DNA of 64,000 bases, taken from Chloropicon primus (taxonomy: Eukaryota). The notes under the pieces were generated by a model. That model worked only from the letters and a program-made list of their open reading frames with translations. It ran no database searches and was not told the origin of the DNA. Location of the stretch: the NCBI GenBank assembly GCA_023205875.1, contig CP060756.1, forward strand, positions 496,001 to 560,000, given 5' to 3'. This document shows positions 1 to 11,662 of this stretch, piece by piece. A program made the position numbers and the translations under genes. The number at the start of each line of letters is the position of its first letter. Positions within the stretch are counted from its first letter, which is position 1.

Positions 1-1
1 C

Positions 2-493
2 AACACGACCCTCCTCTCGGAGTCCATTCCCAGCGGAGCCTTTTACGGGTGCATCGTCGGGAACAACTGGCAGTCCCAGGAAGCCCGCCGACTTCCGGGG
101 TGGATGGGAAAAGCTTTCAACGCCAACACCGGAGGCTTCGCGAACTTGGTCGACGTTGGCTTTTACTCCGACAACACCGCGTACCCGGGCCGCTTCTACC
201 CCACGTACAGCGTCGAGGGGGGGCTCTCGTGGACTTTGGACTATCAGGTGCAGACGGGCGTGCCCCTGATCGGAGGGGTGCTGGATTTTGCGATCAACCG
301 ATTGTTGCCGGGGCAGTACATCAGGAACTTTGGGGGGTTCAAGGACGAGATCAAGGAAATCGCTCCGGGTGTCTGGCTAGGACGAGTTTACTCCTTGCCC
401 ATGTCCCTCTCTTGGGATCTCTCCCTCGGAAACGTATCGCCTTTCACTGTCTACACCCAAGTGCCCTTCCTCTTGTTCCAAGCTTGCTTGTGA
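2..493 (+). CDS. 3' part of an uncharacterised protein (5'-truncated by the window edge)
   Basis: The frame is open from base 2 (NTTLLSESIPSGAFYGCIVG...WMGKAF...WTLDY...FKDEIKEIAPGVWLGRVY) to TGA at 491-493, with host-like codon bias. Confidence 0.75.
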   Translation, partial: NTTLLSESIPSGAFYGCIVGNNWQSQEARRLPGWMGKAFNANTGGFANLVDVGFYSDNTAYPGRFYPTYSVEGGLSWTLDYQVQTGVPLIGGVLDFAINRLLPGQYIRNFGGFKDEIKEIAPGVWLGRVYSLPMSLSWDLSLGNVSPFTVYTQVPFLLFQACL

Positions 494-723
494 AAGACAT
501 CGAAGGGGAAGGAGCCTGGAGCCTAAAAGAGAAACTTTATTTTACAATTCATTCTTATCTACGTGCAACGACGGAAGCGCTTCGTGTCTCGACTCCTGTC
601 CTGTCGTCGTCAGTAACGCCCCAAAGTTTTCGTTTGGGCTTGGCCAGATTTTTTCTCCAACAGAGACGGAGGCGGGCGAGCAATTCTCGTTCGGGGTCAG
701 GCAGGCAGACAGGCAGGCAGGCA

Positions 724-3240
724 ATGGTGTTGTCGCCGTCCCCGGCGGGACCGTCCCCGGCGCCTTTCGTGGTCGACGAAGGCGTCCGGAGCGCGATACA
801 AAGGGCACAAGCTGCCGCTGCGGCGGGCGTTGGGTGGAAGGGACAGAGACTCTTCGATCAGCCCGCAGGAAGGCTGGAGGTGAAGCTGCTGCTGGAAACT
901 GGACCCAAGCCGCAGAGGCGGCGGCGGCAATCGAGCGATGGGGAAGCGTCCTCCTCCGTGGGCCTGCCGGAATGCGAAGCGACGGTAGCGACGCTCCGGA
1001 TGCTGGCTGCGTACGATGGCACTGCCCTGACCATTTCCACGACGAAGGGATACGAGGAGCGTTTCGGTGACGGGAGGACGCGGACTGCGATGGCCGTGGT
1101 CAGGTGCCGAGGGAATCGCCGGGGATTGGCGAGGGACGGCACCCTGTACCTGAGCCCCCAGCTCGCGCACGACCTTGGCGTGCACCACGACTTGATATCG
1201 GAAGCTGTCCTCGGGAAGAGCGGCGACGACGATGATGATGAGGGTGCGGTCCAGGTGGACGTGAGGAAAGCCAAGGAAGGAGATCTGGTCGAGAGGGACG
1301 ACATGCAGATCACGGTCACAAAGGTAGCCATGCCAGAGACGAGGGACCTGATGGACTTCACGGCCCTGGACCAGGAGCTATCCTATCAGCACTCGGATAT
1401 CGAGCGAGCCTCTTTCAGTCTGCGAGAATTCTTCAACGCCAGAAGGCTCATAGAAGCGGGGCAGGTGCTTGCCATCCCCAGCAGAGCTGGTCCGGGTGCA
1501 GCTCTGAACGCCGTGGTCGGCGAAAGAAAAGGGGACGAGGACCACTTTTTTGTCAAAGTGGTGGACGTGAAGCCAAAGCAAGACAAGCCTGCAGTCATAT
1601 CGGCTTCAAACTCCAGGATCGTGCTCCAGGGCAGCACCTCGAGCGCGACCCCCCCCCGGCTCGAGCTGGATTTCGGTCTGCTCCCGAGGCTGTCATCCAA
1701 CGAGACAGCCAAGACTTTGCTGCCTTTGCTGCTCCCTTACTTCCACTGCAAGCTGCGCAGGTCTCCGCGGACGTCGATCATTCTCCACGGGCCTTCGGGG
1801 TGCAACAAAGCGGGCTGTGTCAGAGATGTCGCCTCCGCGCTCGGAGTGCACCTCATCAGCCTGAACACGTTTGACCTCATACAGTCGAGCGAGGAGAAGA
1901 CAGTTGAAGTTCTCAACGCAACGTTCGAGAAGTGCAAAGAATTCTCGCCCTGCGTCTTGCTTTTGAGGAAAGGCCACGCTTTCTCGCAGATTCCCCACCA
2001 GACCGAGAAGGACAGGCTGTTGTTCTCCTGCCTCTCAGAGCACATGGTCAGTGGCAACGAAAGGGAAAGGAAGTTCGAAAAGGAAGCTGGGAAGGGATTC
2101 CCGAATCCCCGGGGGGCTCGGGGGAACATCATGGTAATCGTAACCACGGAGTCCGTCGACGACTTTCCAGCGGGTTTGCGAAGTCTGTTCTCGCACGAAG
2201 TGGAGTGCTCCGTCTCTAAGGACGTGGGGAAAGATCTGGGGGCCCTGCCAGGCGTGGAGGGCGTGGAGGGCGAGAGCTTAGAGACCGTGGGCCTGAACGC
2301 GAGGGACATCAATGCGGTGGTGTCCAAGTCCTTTGCTCTCTCACTCCTGGAAGGGCAGAAGAGCCCCAAGAGCTGCTTGGATGCAGCGATGAGAATCACG
2401 AAAGACAGGATAGCAAAGACTCTGGGAGCTCCAAAGGTCCCGTCCGTGCAGTGGGGCGATGTAGGCGGTCTCGAAGAGGCAAAGAAAGCCATCATTGCGA
2501 CCATTGAGACTCCGCTCAAGTATCCCCACCTCTTCAGCAAGGGCCTGAAGAGGAGATCCGGGGTGCTCTTATACGGACCGCCGGGAACGGGGAAGACGCT
2601 TCTCGCCAAAGCGATCGCGACCGAGTTCAAGATGAACTTTCTCAGCGTGAAGGGTCCTGAGCTGATCAACATGTACGTGGGAGAGAGCGAGCGCAATGTG
2701 AGGGAGGTGTTCGCGAAGGCAAGAGGGGCCGCGCCATGCATCCTGTTCTTTGACGAGTTGGATTCTTTGGCCCCCGCAAGAGGAAGCGGGGGAGACTCTG
2801 GTGGCGTGATGGACAGAGTGGTGAGCCAGTTCCTTGCGGAGCTCGACGGCATCCAGGCGCAGGGCCCAATCTTTATTGTCGGGGCAACAAACAGGCCCGA
2901 CCTCATTGACGGCGCCCTGCTCAGGCCTGGCCGGTTCGACGTACTCCAGTACATCAACCTCCCCAATCAGCAAGGAAAGGAATGCGTCTTGAGGGCCCTG
3001 ACGAGAAACATGACGCTGGAAGGCGTGAGCCTCGATGAGGTGGCCAGCCAGTGCCCCAGCAGGTACTCTGGAGCGGACTTGTACGCCCTGTGCGTGGAGG
3101 CCTGGATGCTGGCAGCGCGGAGAGGGGACTTCAAGGTGAGGAGGGAAGATTTCATGACTGGCCTCGACAAAGTCAAACCAAGTTTGAGCGATCAGGAGAT
3201 AGAGATGTATGAGACTCTGAAAAGTAAAATGTTGAAATAA
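724..3240 (+). CDS. PEX6: Peroxisomal AAA+ ATPase PEX6
   Basis: Degenerate D1 (LHGPSGCNK) and canonical D2 (GAPKVPSVQWGDVGGL, GVLLYGPPGTGKT, VKGPELINMYVGESE, FFDELDSLAPARG..GDSGGVMDRVVSQ). ATG 724 is preferred over the GTG start at 49. Confidence 0.92.
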   Translation: MVLSPSPAGPSPAPFVVDEGVRSAIQRAQAAAAAGVGWKGQRLFDQPAGRLEVKLLLETGPKPQRRRRQSSDGEASSSVGLPECEATVATLRMLAAYDGTALTISTTKGYEERFGDGRTRTAMAVVRCRGNRRGLARDGTLYLSPQLAHDLGVHHDLISEAVLGKSGDDDDDEGAVQVDVRKAKEGDLVERDDMQITVTKVAMPETRDLMDFTALDQELSYQHSDIERASFSLREFFNARRLIEAGQVLAIPSRAGPGAALNAVVGERKGDEDHFFVKVVDVKPKQDKPAVISASNSRIVLQGSTSSATPPRLELDFGLLPRLSSNETAKTLLPLLLPYFHCKLRRSPRTSIILHGPSGCNKAGCVRDVASALGVHLISLNTFDLIQSSEEKTVEVLNATFEKCKEFSPCVLLLRKGHAFSQIPHQTEKDRLLFSCLSEHMVSGNERERKFEKEAGKGFPNPRGARGNIMVIVTTESVDDFPAGLRSLFSHEVECSVSKDVGKDLGALPGVEGVEGESLETVGLNARDINAVVSKSFALSLLEGQKSPKSCLDAAMRITKDRIAKTLGAPKVPSVQWGDVGGLEEAKKAIIATIETPLKYPHLFSKGLKRRSGVLLYGPPGTGKTLLAKAIATEFKMNFLSVKGPELINMYVGESERNVREVFAKARGAAPCILFFDELDSLAPARGSGGDSGGVMDRVVSQFLAELDGIQAQGPIFIVGATNRPDLIDGALLRPGRFDVLQYINLPNQQGKECVLRALTRNMTLEGVSLDEVASQCPSRYSGADLYALCVEAWMLAARRGDFKVRREDFMTGLDKVKPSLSDQEIEMYETLKSKMLK

Positions 3241-3613
3241 AGCAGCAGCCACGAAAAGGGTTTTTTTGGACGTAACTTCCGTTGGTGGCATACTCGGGTC
3301 TCACTTTCCACAGAAACGACTCCACCCGGATTCCATGACCCGAATCGACGCCTTCTCATGCTCGAGACCGTGATCCTCCTCTTCTTCCCCTGCAATCGCC
3401 CTTGTCGTCTCTGCCTTGTTCCCCAGCGAAGGTTTCGACGCTGGGAGGGAGCGCCATTGGACGCCATTGGCCTCGTCCTTGCCGTCGTTACCTCCAGTTT
3501 TGCGATTAGAAGGTGGCCTCCTTGGTTTGAACCCCTGGCAAAGCCTCCCCCTGACCAAAAAACGCCGTACACATCTGGTCTTCGGCCTTCTTGTTTTTTT
3601 CCAATCTCTTCAG

Positions 3614-3648
<35 letters not shown>

Positions 3649-3876
3649 AGAAGAGACCGAGGGGCGTGGACCTGACTTTGCGCGAGGGGGGTCCAGGATG
3701 TGCCAGTAGGGACCTACCACGGAACGGGAAAGACGTTGCGTGAGTGAGAGAGGGAGAAAAGACGGGAGCGAAGGGGTTGGACTCACGAGCAAGACCTTGC
3801 CTTGGTTGGTTTTGAAGCTTCGCGGTCCGCAACGATGTTTTCACGCTTTGAGACCACAGATAACAACGGCATCAGG

Positions 3877-6317
3877 ATGGTGAGTGTCTTGTGAAGAGTG
3901 GGGAGCAAAGGTGGAAGAGGGGAGGAGGGAAGACCGAGCGAGCGAGGTTGACTGACCGTGCGGCCATTTCTTTTCCCTTCTGTTTTTTCTTTCTTTTTTT
4001 CTTTCGGCGCAGTTCGACTCGAGGAAAGAGTCCACGTTTGCCAGAAGCGGTATCACTGCCCCCAAGCAAGCGAAGCCGCGTTTCCCGGGGGGCAACCGGG
4101 CAGGGTATCCAAACAAGAGCGTGCACTTCGGTCAAAGGTAAGAGACCACGAGAGCACTTTTTGCTTTCCTTCCCGCTCCCTTGTTCCCACGAGAGATCAT
4201 AGGCTGACTTCTGAAGTCCGGCACTCAGGTTTGACCACGACAGCAGCAGGTTGCCATCTTTGTCACAGAATGACGCGGGGAGAAGGCGGGTTGGACTTCA
4301 AGTCTTGTCTACGAGCAACCAGGGGGGCGGAATTCACTACACGCCTCAGTACGCAGCGAGGAACCTGCAGACAAAGTACGTGAGCCACCAGAACAACCCG
4401 AAGCCAAAGGTGGCGAACATCCTTCGTGCCTCGACTCGGGCGGGCGGGTTCGACTCGAACTTGATGCTTTTGGGCTCGAGATCGAACACCTCCCTTGACG
4501 CGAGCCCGAGCCATGTTCACCTGCCGAGGCCGATGACCCAGGCCGGGGAGCCTCGACTCGGGGGAGACTATGAGCGCCAGCTCGTTCGGCCCAAGACCCA
4601 GCAGTCGTACCTGAGCTCAAACGAGATGGGCGTGAAGCCGATCAGGATCGGAGTCCCGAAACTGTCCAAGAAGGAGATCACTTTTGCGAAGAAGAAGTCT
4701 TCGCCGCAGCAGCAGTACCAGTTTCATATGCACGACTTGAACAACCCGTACGACAACTCTTTGCACAGCTTGCCGGCGCAAAATTCTTCTTCGAGCTTCG
4801 ACTTTCCCAAGAGGAGCTTCAAGACGCAGAAGATAAAGAACTTCAGGAGGAAGAAGACTCCCCTCTTCCCCCAGCCCAATGACCAGAAGAAGCTCTACAA
4901 CCTGAGGAGCGACATTCAGTCGTCGGACGTGCTCTTTGTGTCCTCGCAAAGCAGCTCGAAGCACGGTTCCAAGTTCGGAAGAAGCACCCTTTACCAGCTC
5001 CCGACCCTGTCCAACGCTCACGGACGGCAGATGCAGGACAAGGTGCAGGACGCCCTGAGGGAGGCGGACAGGCTTCCGGAGGCCGAGGCCATCAACCTGC
5101 TTGAGAATACGATGGCCCAGGCAGAGGAGTACAACTTGAACACTGACCGAGTACAAAAGAAGCTCGTTTGGTTCCAGCAGAGGCACAAGATACGCCAGGA
5201 GATGATAGCCTCCGCGGCCGCGGGCAACGATGCTCACGTGGACGAGCTGATCGAGAGGGCCTCCTTCTACAACATTGGCAGCCAGGACGAGGCGGTGAGG
5301 CAGGCGAGGCTGCTTCTGTCGAAGACGGCGGCCTGGACAGGAAGGGAGGGCACCGACGTCGTGGTCGGGGGAAAGAGAATACTCAATGGAAAGTACGAGG
5401 TGCTGCAGATCGTCGGCGAGGGAGCGTACGGCATGGTGATGAGATGCCGCATGAAGGGGACAGGGAACTTTGTGGCAATCAAGGAGTTCAAGATATCCGC
5501 GGAGGACCCTGACGCGGAGGAGGTCCGAAAGTCTTCCATCAGGGAAGTCAAGCTCCTCAAATTTCTTCAGCACGAGAACATTGTACAGTATCTTGACGAC
5601 TTTACTGTTGGGGAAAAGATCTTCATGGTCATGGAGTTCGTTCCGAGGAACCTGCTCGAGGTGCTGGAGGAGCACGAGTACGGGCTTCCCAAGCACATGA
5701 CCCGGAAAATCATTTACCAGCTCTGCAAGGCGATCAGCTTCATCCACAGCCACGGTTTCATCTACAGGGACATCAAGCCCGAGAACCTGCTGATAGACGA
5801 GGAGGGCAACGTCAAGCTGTGCGACTTTGGCTTTGGGCGCCACCTGCAGGCGAGCGGAGACGACTCTGAGGACCTGACGGACTACGTGGCCACGAGGTGG
5901 TACAGGGCACCGGAGCTCCTTCTGGGCCCGCCGTTCGAGAACGACGGGGGAAAGATCGTGAGGTCCGCCTATGGCCCGGAGATCGACATTTGGGCCATAG
6001 GCTGCTTGATGGCCGAGCTCATCGATGGCGAGCCCCTCTTCGCTGGGGACAGTGACATCGACCAGCTGGAGAAGATCCAAAAGGCCTTGGGACGCATCAC
6101 GTCGAAGCAGATGAAGATGTTCCTCATCAACCCAGCCAACGCGGGCTACTGCTTCCCCTTCGACAACGAGCCCCTGGAGACGCTCAAGGAGAGGTATGGA
6201 AGGTTCCTGAACCCCAACGAGGAGGACTTCCTTGTCAAGATGCTGAAGATGGACCCCGACAAGAGGCCCACGGGTGAGAACTGCTTGGGCCACGCATACT
6301 TCGCGGAGATGAGGTAA
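3877..6317 (+). CDS. CDKL/MAPK-like Ser/Thr kinase with long N-terminal extension; predicted exons 3877-3879, 4013-4137, 4229-6317
   Basis: GEGAYG, VAIKEFK, YRDIKPEN, KLCDFGF and TDYVATRWYRAPE motifs. Splice signals ATG|GTGAGT, CTGAC...GCAG, AG|GTAAGA and CTGAC...TCAG join in frame. Confidence 0.88.
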
Positions 6318-6449
6318 AGGGAGCGGAGGACGCTCTTCTTCTCCACTGTACATAAATTATATCCCAAAAGAAAGCTTTAGACGTTTGAGGAGCACGTTAC
6401 AATACACAAGGGAGGGCTATACACTTTCACGCTCGTCCCAAAAGCAAAG

Positions 6450-6749
6450 CTACTTCTTTCGTTCCCTCCTCTGGTTGTACAAGACGATCAGGTACCTGTT
6501 CGCAACGTTGAAGCCGCTCAGGTGGTCAACTGCGTTCTTCGCGTCGAAGATGTCCTCGTACACCACAAACGCCGTCCCCTTGGTCGCCTTGGTGTCCCCC
6601 AGCCTAATCTGCCTAATCGCGCCGTACTTTCCAAATATCTCGTACATCTCCTCCCCGGTTATGTTAAAGGGCAAGTTCCTCACGTACAAGACTCGATTCA
6701 CTTCCGGGGGAAGCCTCACGTTCCTCCTGTTCGCAGAAACCGCCGCCAT
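6450..6749 (-). CDS. SF3B6: Splicing factor 3B subunit 6 (p14)
   Basis: [17 protein letters not shown]...[34 protein letters not shown] is the p14 RRM signature. Confidence 0.96.
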   Translation of the reverse strand: MAAVSANRRNVRLPPEVNRVLYVRNLPFNITGEEMYEIFGKYGAIRQIRLGDTKATKGTAFVVYEDIFDAKNAVDHLSGFNVANRYLIVLYNQRRERKK

Positions 6750-7180
6750 CCCTCTCCCTCTCCCTCCTCTCCCCCTCTTCCTCTCCCTCGATCGACTCTC
6801 GCCCCTTCCCTCGCGAGTCCTCAGTCCTCGCCCTCCCGTCCGCCCGCGCCCTGCCGACCAATCGAAATCCCTCGAGACTGCGCTCCCTCCTGCGACACTC
6901 TCTCGCCCTTCGACCCTCTGAACCTTTCGCCTCCTCTTTGACCTCTCACGCAGGCGCCGCTCCGCTCCGCTCTCTTCTTCTCTCGCTCTCCACGAAACGC
7001 TTTCGCTTTTGTGGAGGAGAGAGCGCGAGGTGAGCGATTGCGATTGATTGTGAGGAACGAGACCACGAGAGGGGGAGGGATCCGGAACGACAGAGGCACG
7101 ATCACATCATACGTCGTCCCTACGCGCTTTCGTTTTATTTTATTCTAGTCCTTTGCCTGGCGGTTACCTGCAACGAAGGG

Positions 7181-7576
7181 ATGGGCAGTGTGAGGCAAGC
7201 GGTGAACGTACTGGGAGGGGCGTTGGAGCGTTGCTCTCGTCCTGGAGGGCCCATCACTGGGTTCTACCGCGATGGGTGTTGCGGAACTGGGAACGATGAT
7301 GTGGGGAGGCACGTCGTGTGCTCGAGGATGACCCAGGCGTTCTTGGATTACACCAGGGACAGGGGAAACGACTTGTCGACTCCCGTTCCTGAATACGGGT
7401 TCCCTGGTTTGAGGCCAGGGGACTTTTGGTGCCTGTGCGCCTCGAGGTGGCAGGAGGCGTTTGACAATGGGGTCGCACCACCGGTCAGGCTGGAGGCCAC
7501 CGACAAAGCGGCGCTGAGGTACGTCTCGCTCGAGGATCTCCAATCCCACGCGCTGAGCGTCGAGCCTGAGTTGTGA
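7181..7576 (+). CDS. DUF2237 family protein
   Basis: NVLGG.L..CS, TGFYRDGCC, GNDLSTP..FPGL.PGD.WCLCA.RW and APPV.LEAT motifs. Confidence 0.9.
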   Translation: MGSVRQAVNVLGGALERCSRPGGPITGFYRDGCCGTGNDDVGRHVVCSRMTQAFLDYTRDRGNDLSTPVPEYGFPGLRPGDFWCLCASRWQEAFDNGVAPPVRLEATDKAALRYVSLEDLQSHALSVEPEL

Positions 7577-7701
7577 GGCTTTGGGCACGACGACGCGCCG
7601 CGGGCCAGGCTCACAGAGAGTTGGACAAAGAGAGGTGGGGTGCAAGCGAAATGTTTCTGATTTGTTGCGTTTACGTTTTAATCGAGTTGTATAGATAGTC
7701 T

Positions 7702-9288
7702 TTATTGCTCACGCTGGCGAGGGGCGCACTTGATGATGTCGTCGACTCGCAGGATCATCTCAGTGGCCTCGGTCGCAGAGGAAAGGACGCACTTCTTCAC
7801 CTTGAAGGACTCGTTGATACCGCACTTGGTCATGTCACCCACAGTCCCTGTCAAGATGTCGATTCCCTCGCGGCAGCCGTCGTTGACGTGGGCAGCCCTC
7901 AGCTGAGCGATGAGCTCGGTGCTGTCTAGACCTCCGTTCTCTGCTATGATGGCTGGAATTTGCCTCAGCGCCTTGGCGAAGGATTCCATGGCAAGCGAGC
8001 GCTTTCCTGGAGTCTTCTTGGCCAAGTCCTCGATGGCCTTGCTCATGATCATCTCGGAGCAGCCACCCCCGTACACAACACGCGAGTCCGTCGCCATCTG
8101 GGAAAGGACGCAGAGGGCGTCATGGAGGGAGCGCTCCGCCTCGTCCAAAATGTGAGTGCTAGCACCTCTCAAAATAATTGTACAGGCCTCCCCCAAGGCA
8201 ACTCCAGAGAAGCGTATGAGCTTGTCCTCCCCAATCATGATTTCCTCGATGAGCTTGCACTCTCCAATCTTCGCGTCCTCGGGGTTGTTGAAGGTCGACA
8301 CGATCTCACCGCCGGTGACAAGAGCGAGCCTCTCGATTCCGTCGAAGTCGGCGTGCTCGATGGCCATCACTCCGGCGTCCGTGAAGAGCTGCTCCGGGAA
8401 GTTGTAGATCAGCTGCCTGTTGATGAAGCAGTTGATTCCGTGGTCAATAATCTTCTGGACCTTCTTCCTCATCTTGTCCTTCTCGGCCTGCTCTATCGCC
8501 CCAACCTCTGCCATTCCCTTGGTCTTCACGCGAGCCCCGTAGATTTTGATCTTGTCCGTGTCCATCGGGGTGTTCGCGACGAGAATCTTCGCGTTCTCGA
8601 TCCTCTTTGGCTGACCGACGCCAATCTTTTTGTCCAGAATAAATCCTTCGTCAAGGTAAGACTCGTTGAGGGTTCCCCCGGTCTTCTTGATCATCTGGAT
8701 GGAGTCCAAGTTCGTGGACCCCTTGAGCCTAAGGACAGCATCGACCGCCAGCTGGGAGAAGTGCTCCTTGTCGTTCGTCAAGATCTTGGAAGACAGCGTC
8801 GTTCTCGCGATCTTAAGCATGTCCTCCTTGTACTTCTCCGGGTCTTCGACGTGGTTCACGGAAAGGTCCTCCAAGGCCTTCAACGCGCAGTTCATGGCCT
8901 CCCTGTACCCCTGGATGATCGTCTGGGGGTGGAGCCTCATGTTCACGAGCTTCTCGGCCTCCCTCAGAAGCTCCCCGGCGAGCACGACCACGGAGGTCGT
9001 TCCGTCGCCCACCTGGTCGTCCTGGACCTTGGAGATGTCCACCAGAACCTTGGCGGCCGGGTTGTCCACGTAGATCGACTTCAGGATGGTCGCTCCATCG
9101 TTCGTGACCGTCACCTCCTGGCCCCTGCTCTGAGACTGAAGGATCTTGTCCATGCCCTTGGGACCCAGAGTCGTCTTGACGAGATCTGCTATCGCCATGG
9201 CACCTATGAAGGAAGACAGGCGAGCCATCTCGCCCTTCTCCTCCGTCGCCTGCTCATTCAACAAGTTGTTGGGTGCGCCGTTCTCCAT
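7702..9288 (-). CDS. CCT2: T-complex protein 1 subunit beta (CCT2)
   Basis: [48 protein letters not shown] and [11 protein letters not shown] motifs. Confidence 0.97.
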   Translation of the reverse strand: MENGAPNNLLNEQATEEKGEMARLSSFIGAMAIADLVKTTLGPKGMDKILQSQSRGQEVTVTNDGATILKSIYVDNPAAKVLVDISKVQDDQVGDGTTSVVVLAGELLREAEKLVNMRLHPQTIIQGYREAMNCALKALEDLSVNHVEDPEKYKEDMLKIARTTLSSKILTNDKEHFSQLAVDAVLRLKGSTNLDSIQMIKKTGGTLNESYLDEGFILDKKIGVGQPKRIENAKILVANTPMDTDKIKIYGARVKTKGMAEVGAIEQAEKDKMRKKVQKIIDHGINCFINRQLIYNFPEQLFTDAGVMAIEHADFDGIERLALVTGGEIVSTFNNPEDAKIGECKLIEEIMIGEDKLIRFSGVALGEACTIILRGASTHILDEAERSLHDALCVLSQMATDSRVVYGGGCSEMIMSKAIEDLAKKTPGKRSLAMESFAKALRQIPAIIAENGGLDSTELIAQLRAAHVNDGCREGIDILTGTVGDMTKCGINESFKVKKCVLSSATEATEMILRVDDIIKCAPRQREQ

Positions 9289-10085
9289 CGTGCGTGGTTC
9301 TCCGCTCGCCTGACGGGGCAACAGAACAGAAGGAAAGAAAAAACGAAGCGACAGATCCGACCGCCTCCCTCGTCAGAAAAAAAAAGAAAACAAAAAACAA
9401 AATCGAGACACAAACACGACGCGCAAACGAACCCACGCCGTGATCCAAGATCGGTCCAAAAAAACGACGACGAACAAAGGCGAGGAAGAGAAAGAGAAAG
9501 AGGAAGGGGAAGGGGAAGGGGAGGACGGGACGGGGTGCACGTTCTGGTTCGTCCTGGCCTTTCGTTCCGGTGCTCACCTCGGTGTTGTCCCTTTCTGTCC
9601 TCTCCTCTGGACCGACGCCGAAGCCCAAGTTGAGTTGTGTCCTCCTCGATCGATCGAGACGAAGGGTGATTTGAAAAAAAAACAGAAGCGAAACGCGGCA
9701 AAAGCCCTGTACAAAACCCATCTTAAAATGTGCCCAAAATGAGGTGTAAATTACACCGCCGTGTAACGTGAACAAGGAAAAGTCTTCTTCTTCTGTCTCT
9801 CGCGGAGGCTTTGGGGATCATCGCATCAATCGCATCATCCAGTCCATCGCCTCGCGGAGGTTGACCTTGCCTTGAGGTCCCAAGGTCCCGCCTTTGTGTG
9901 TTTGTGTCGCTCCTGGGATCGAATTGCTTGTCTTGCGCTTGGGTTTTGCGCTTGGGACGACGGACCCAGCCGGTTGGCCGGTCAGTGACGGCAGAAACTT
10001 GGGTGGCCACCTTGAAGACCTTTGGAGGGGGGAGGGGGGAACAGAAGGAGGAGAAGGCATCCCAGAAGGGGGACGTTCCATCACC

Positions 10086-11564
10086 ATGCCCGAAAACGAC
10101 GGGGTCAACAGGAGCCACTGGAAGGACTGCGCGGACATAAGCGAGTGCGAGTCAACCAGGTGCAACGCAAGTTTTTCTTTGACGAATAGGAAGCACCACT
10201 GCAGAAAGTGCGGGAAGGTAAGAGAGAGAGTTCAATGCTGGCGTTGTCATTTCCTCCCTAGCCACAACTCTCCCGAAGTCGAAGGAGTCGTATCCATTCA
10301 AGTGGATGCATTATTCTGAAAGCTGACGACAACGACCTCACCACCAACAACAACGACAACGACAACGACAACAACCTCTCCGTAGGTTTTCTGTGGCAAG
10401 TGCACCAACCGCCGGCTTCCGCTGAACCCGCGGAGCCTCACCGTAGACTTCCAGAACGGCAACGATTGCAGGGTGTGCCAAGAGTGCTACAACGAGGAGC
10501 GCCAGTGGTCGAAGCGCGACCAGGACGAGGCCAGGAAGAGCAAAAAGGCGGTAAGGGACCTCGCAGAGAAGCTTCAGATGCTGAGACAGGAGGCGTCCGA
10601 AGAGAGGGCCAGGCTCCTGGATGAGCTTGACGAGCTGAGGGAGGAGCTTGACGAGACTTTGGAAGGAAAGTCTGCGCTGGAGACCCGGGTGAGGGAGCTT
10701 GAGAGCCACCTGGCGTCCACGGCTCTTTTCGCCCAGGTGCACAAGAGGAAGATACGGTCGGACAGCACGACGACGCCGTGGAAGGAGCGGCTCGTGGTGG
10801 CATCCCCGAGCGGAATCAAGTACTACAAGGCCCAGCAGTCCATCGGATCAGTGGACTTGAGCTCCCTCTCCCTCGTGACCGGTTGCATCCAGTCCAAGCA
10901 CTCGTCCCCGGTCAAGGGGCAGAGCTCGAGTGGCTTGCAGATGATCACGAAGGATGGCACGATATACGAGTTCTCGATGCCGAACGGGGAGCAGGATGTG
11001 GACCTGTGGCAGAAGCACGTGGACCTTCTGATGCAGAATGAGAGGGAGTCCAACCCCGGGACGCCCGTGGCCGTCCATGGCCACGAGGCAGCCCACCTGT
11101 CAGAGAACGAGATCCGTAAGGAGAACCCTTTCAAGATGGGCTGGCTGAGCAAGCAGCCGGGCAAGACTGGGTTCTGGCAGAAGAGGTGGTTCGTCGTCAG
11201 CGACGGGCTGATCGCTTACTACAAGTCCAAATCCATCATAAACCCCATCCAGCAGCTGAGCCTCGTCAACGCGGAAGCCAGGCAAATCAGCGTGCCTGGA
11301 AAGTCGCTGTGGTGCTTCCAGCTCTTCGTGCCAACGACGAACAGGCTATTCGTGATGGAGGCGCCGTCCTCGGAGGAGCTGGCTTCGTGGCTGTCCGCGA
11401 TCAAGGGAGGGGCGACGTACGCCAAGTCGCTCAAATTGGGGGAGGGCAACGTTTCCGGGCAGGGAGCCCGCACGGTGTCCGACGACGAGGGGTCCCTGCC
11501 CGATTTCGACGAGTCCGGCAGCGACTGCGACAGTGGCGACGCGTACGACAGCGAAGATGACTAG
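10086..11564 (+). CDS. FYVE zinc finger + coiled coil + two PH domain protein; exons 10086-10217, 10386-11564
   Basis: RKHHCRKCGK|VFCGKC...RVCQEC is joined by a GTAAGA...CTGAC...TAG intron. PH motifs are WLSKQPGKTGFWQKRWFVV and WLSAI. Confidence 0.88.
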
Positions 11565-11662
11565 CGCGATGATGATGTGCGAATGTGCAAGGGAAGGGGC
11601 GTACGTACGTATATAAGAGACCGAACAATAATGTCTAAACGCTATTGTCTAAAGGTTGTTAT

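Noticed and set aside
49..723. 1063-aa N-terminally extended PEX6
   Set aside because: It starts at GTG and runs out of frame through the upstream gene and its AT-rich 3' region; ATG 724 is more plausible.
3301..3558. Small minus-strand ORF downstream of PEX6
   Set aside because: It has no ATG start or recognisable motif. A short spliced gene cannot be excluded but is unsupported.
4617..9633. Long antisense ORFs (4617-6353, 7960-9633; likewise 21111-22952, 30670-32577, 32526-33959, 47912-49429)
   Set aside because: They are shadow frames of strongly GC3-biased genes on the opposite strand or in another frame, and carry no motifs.
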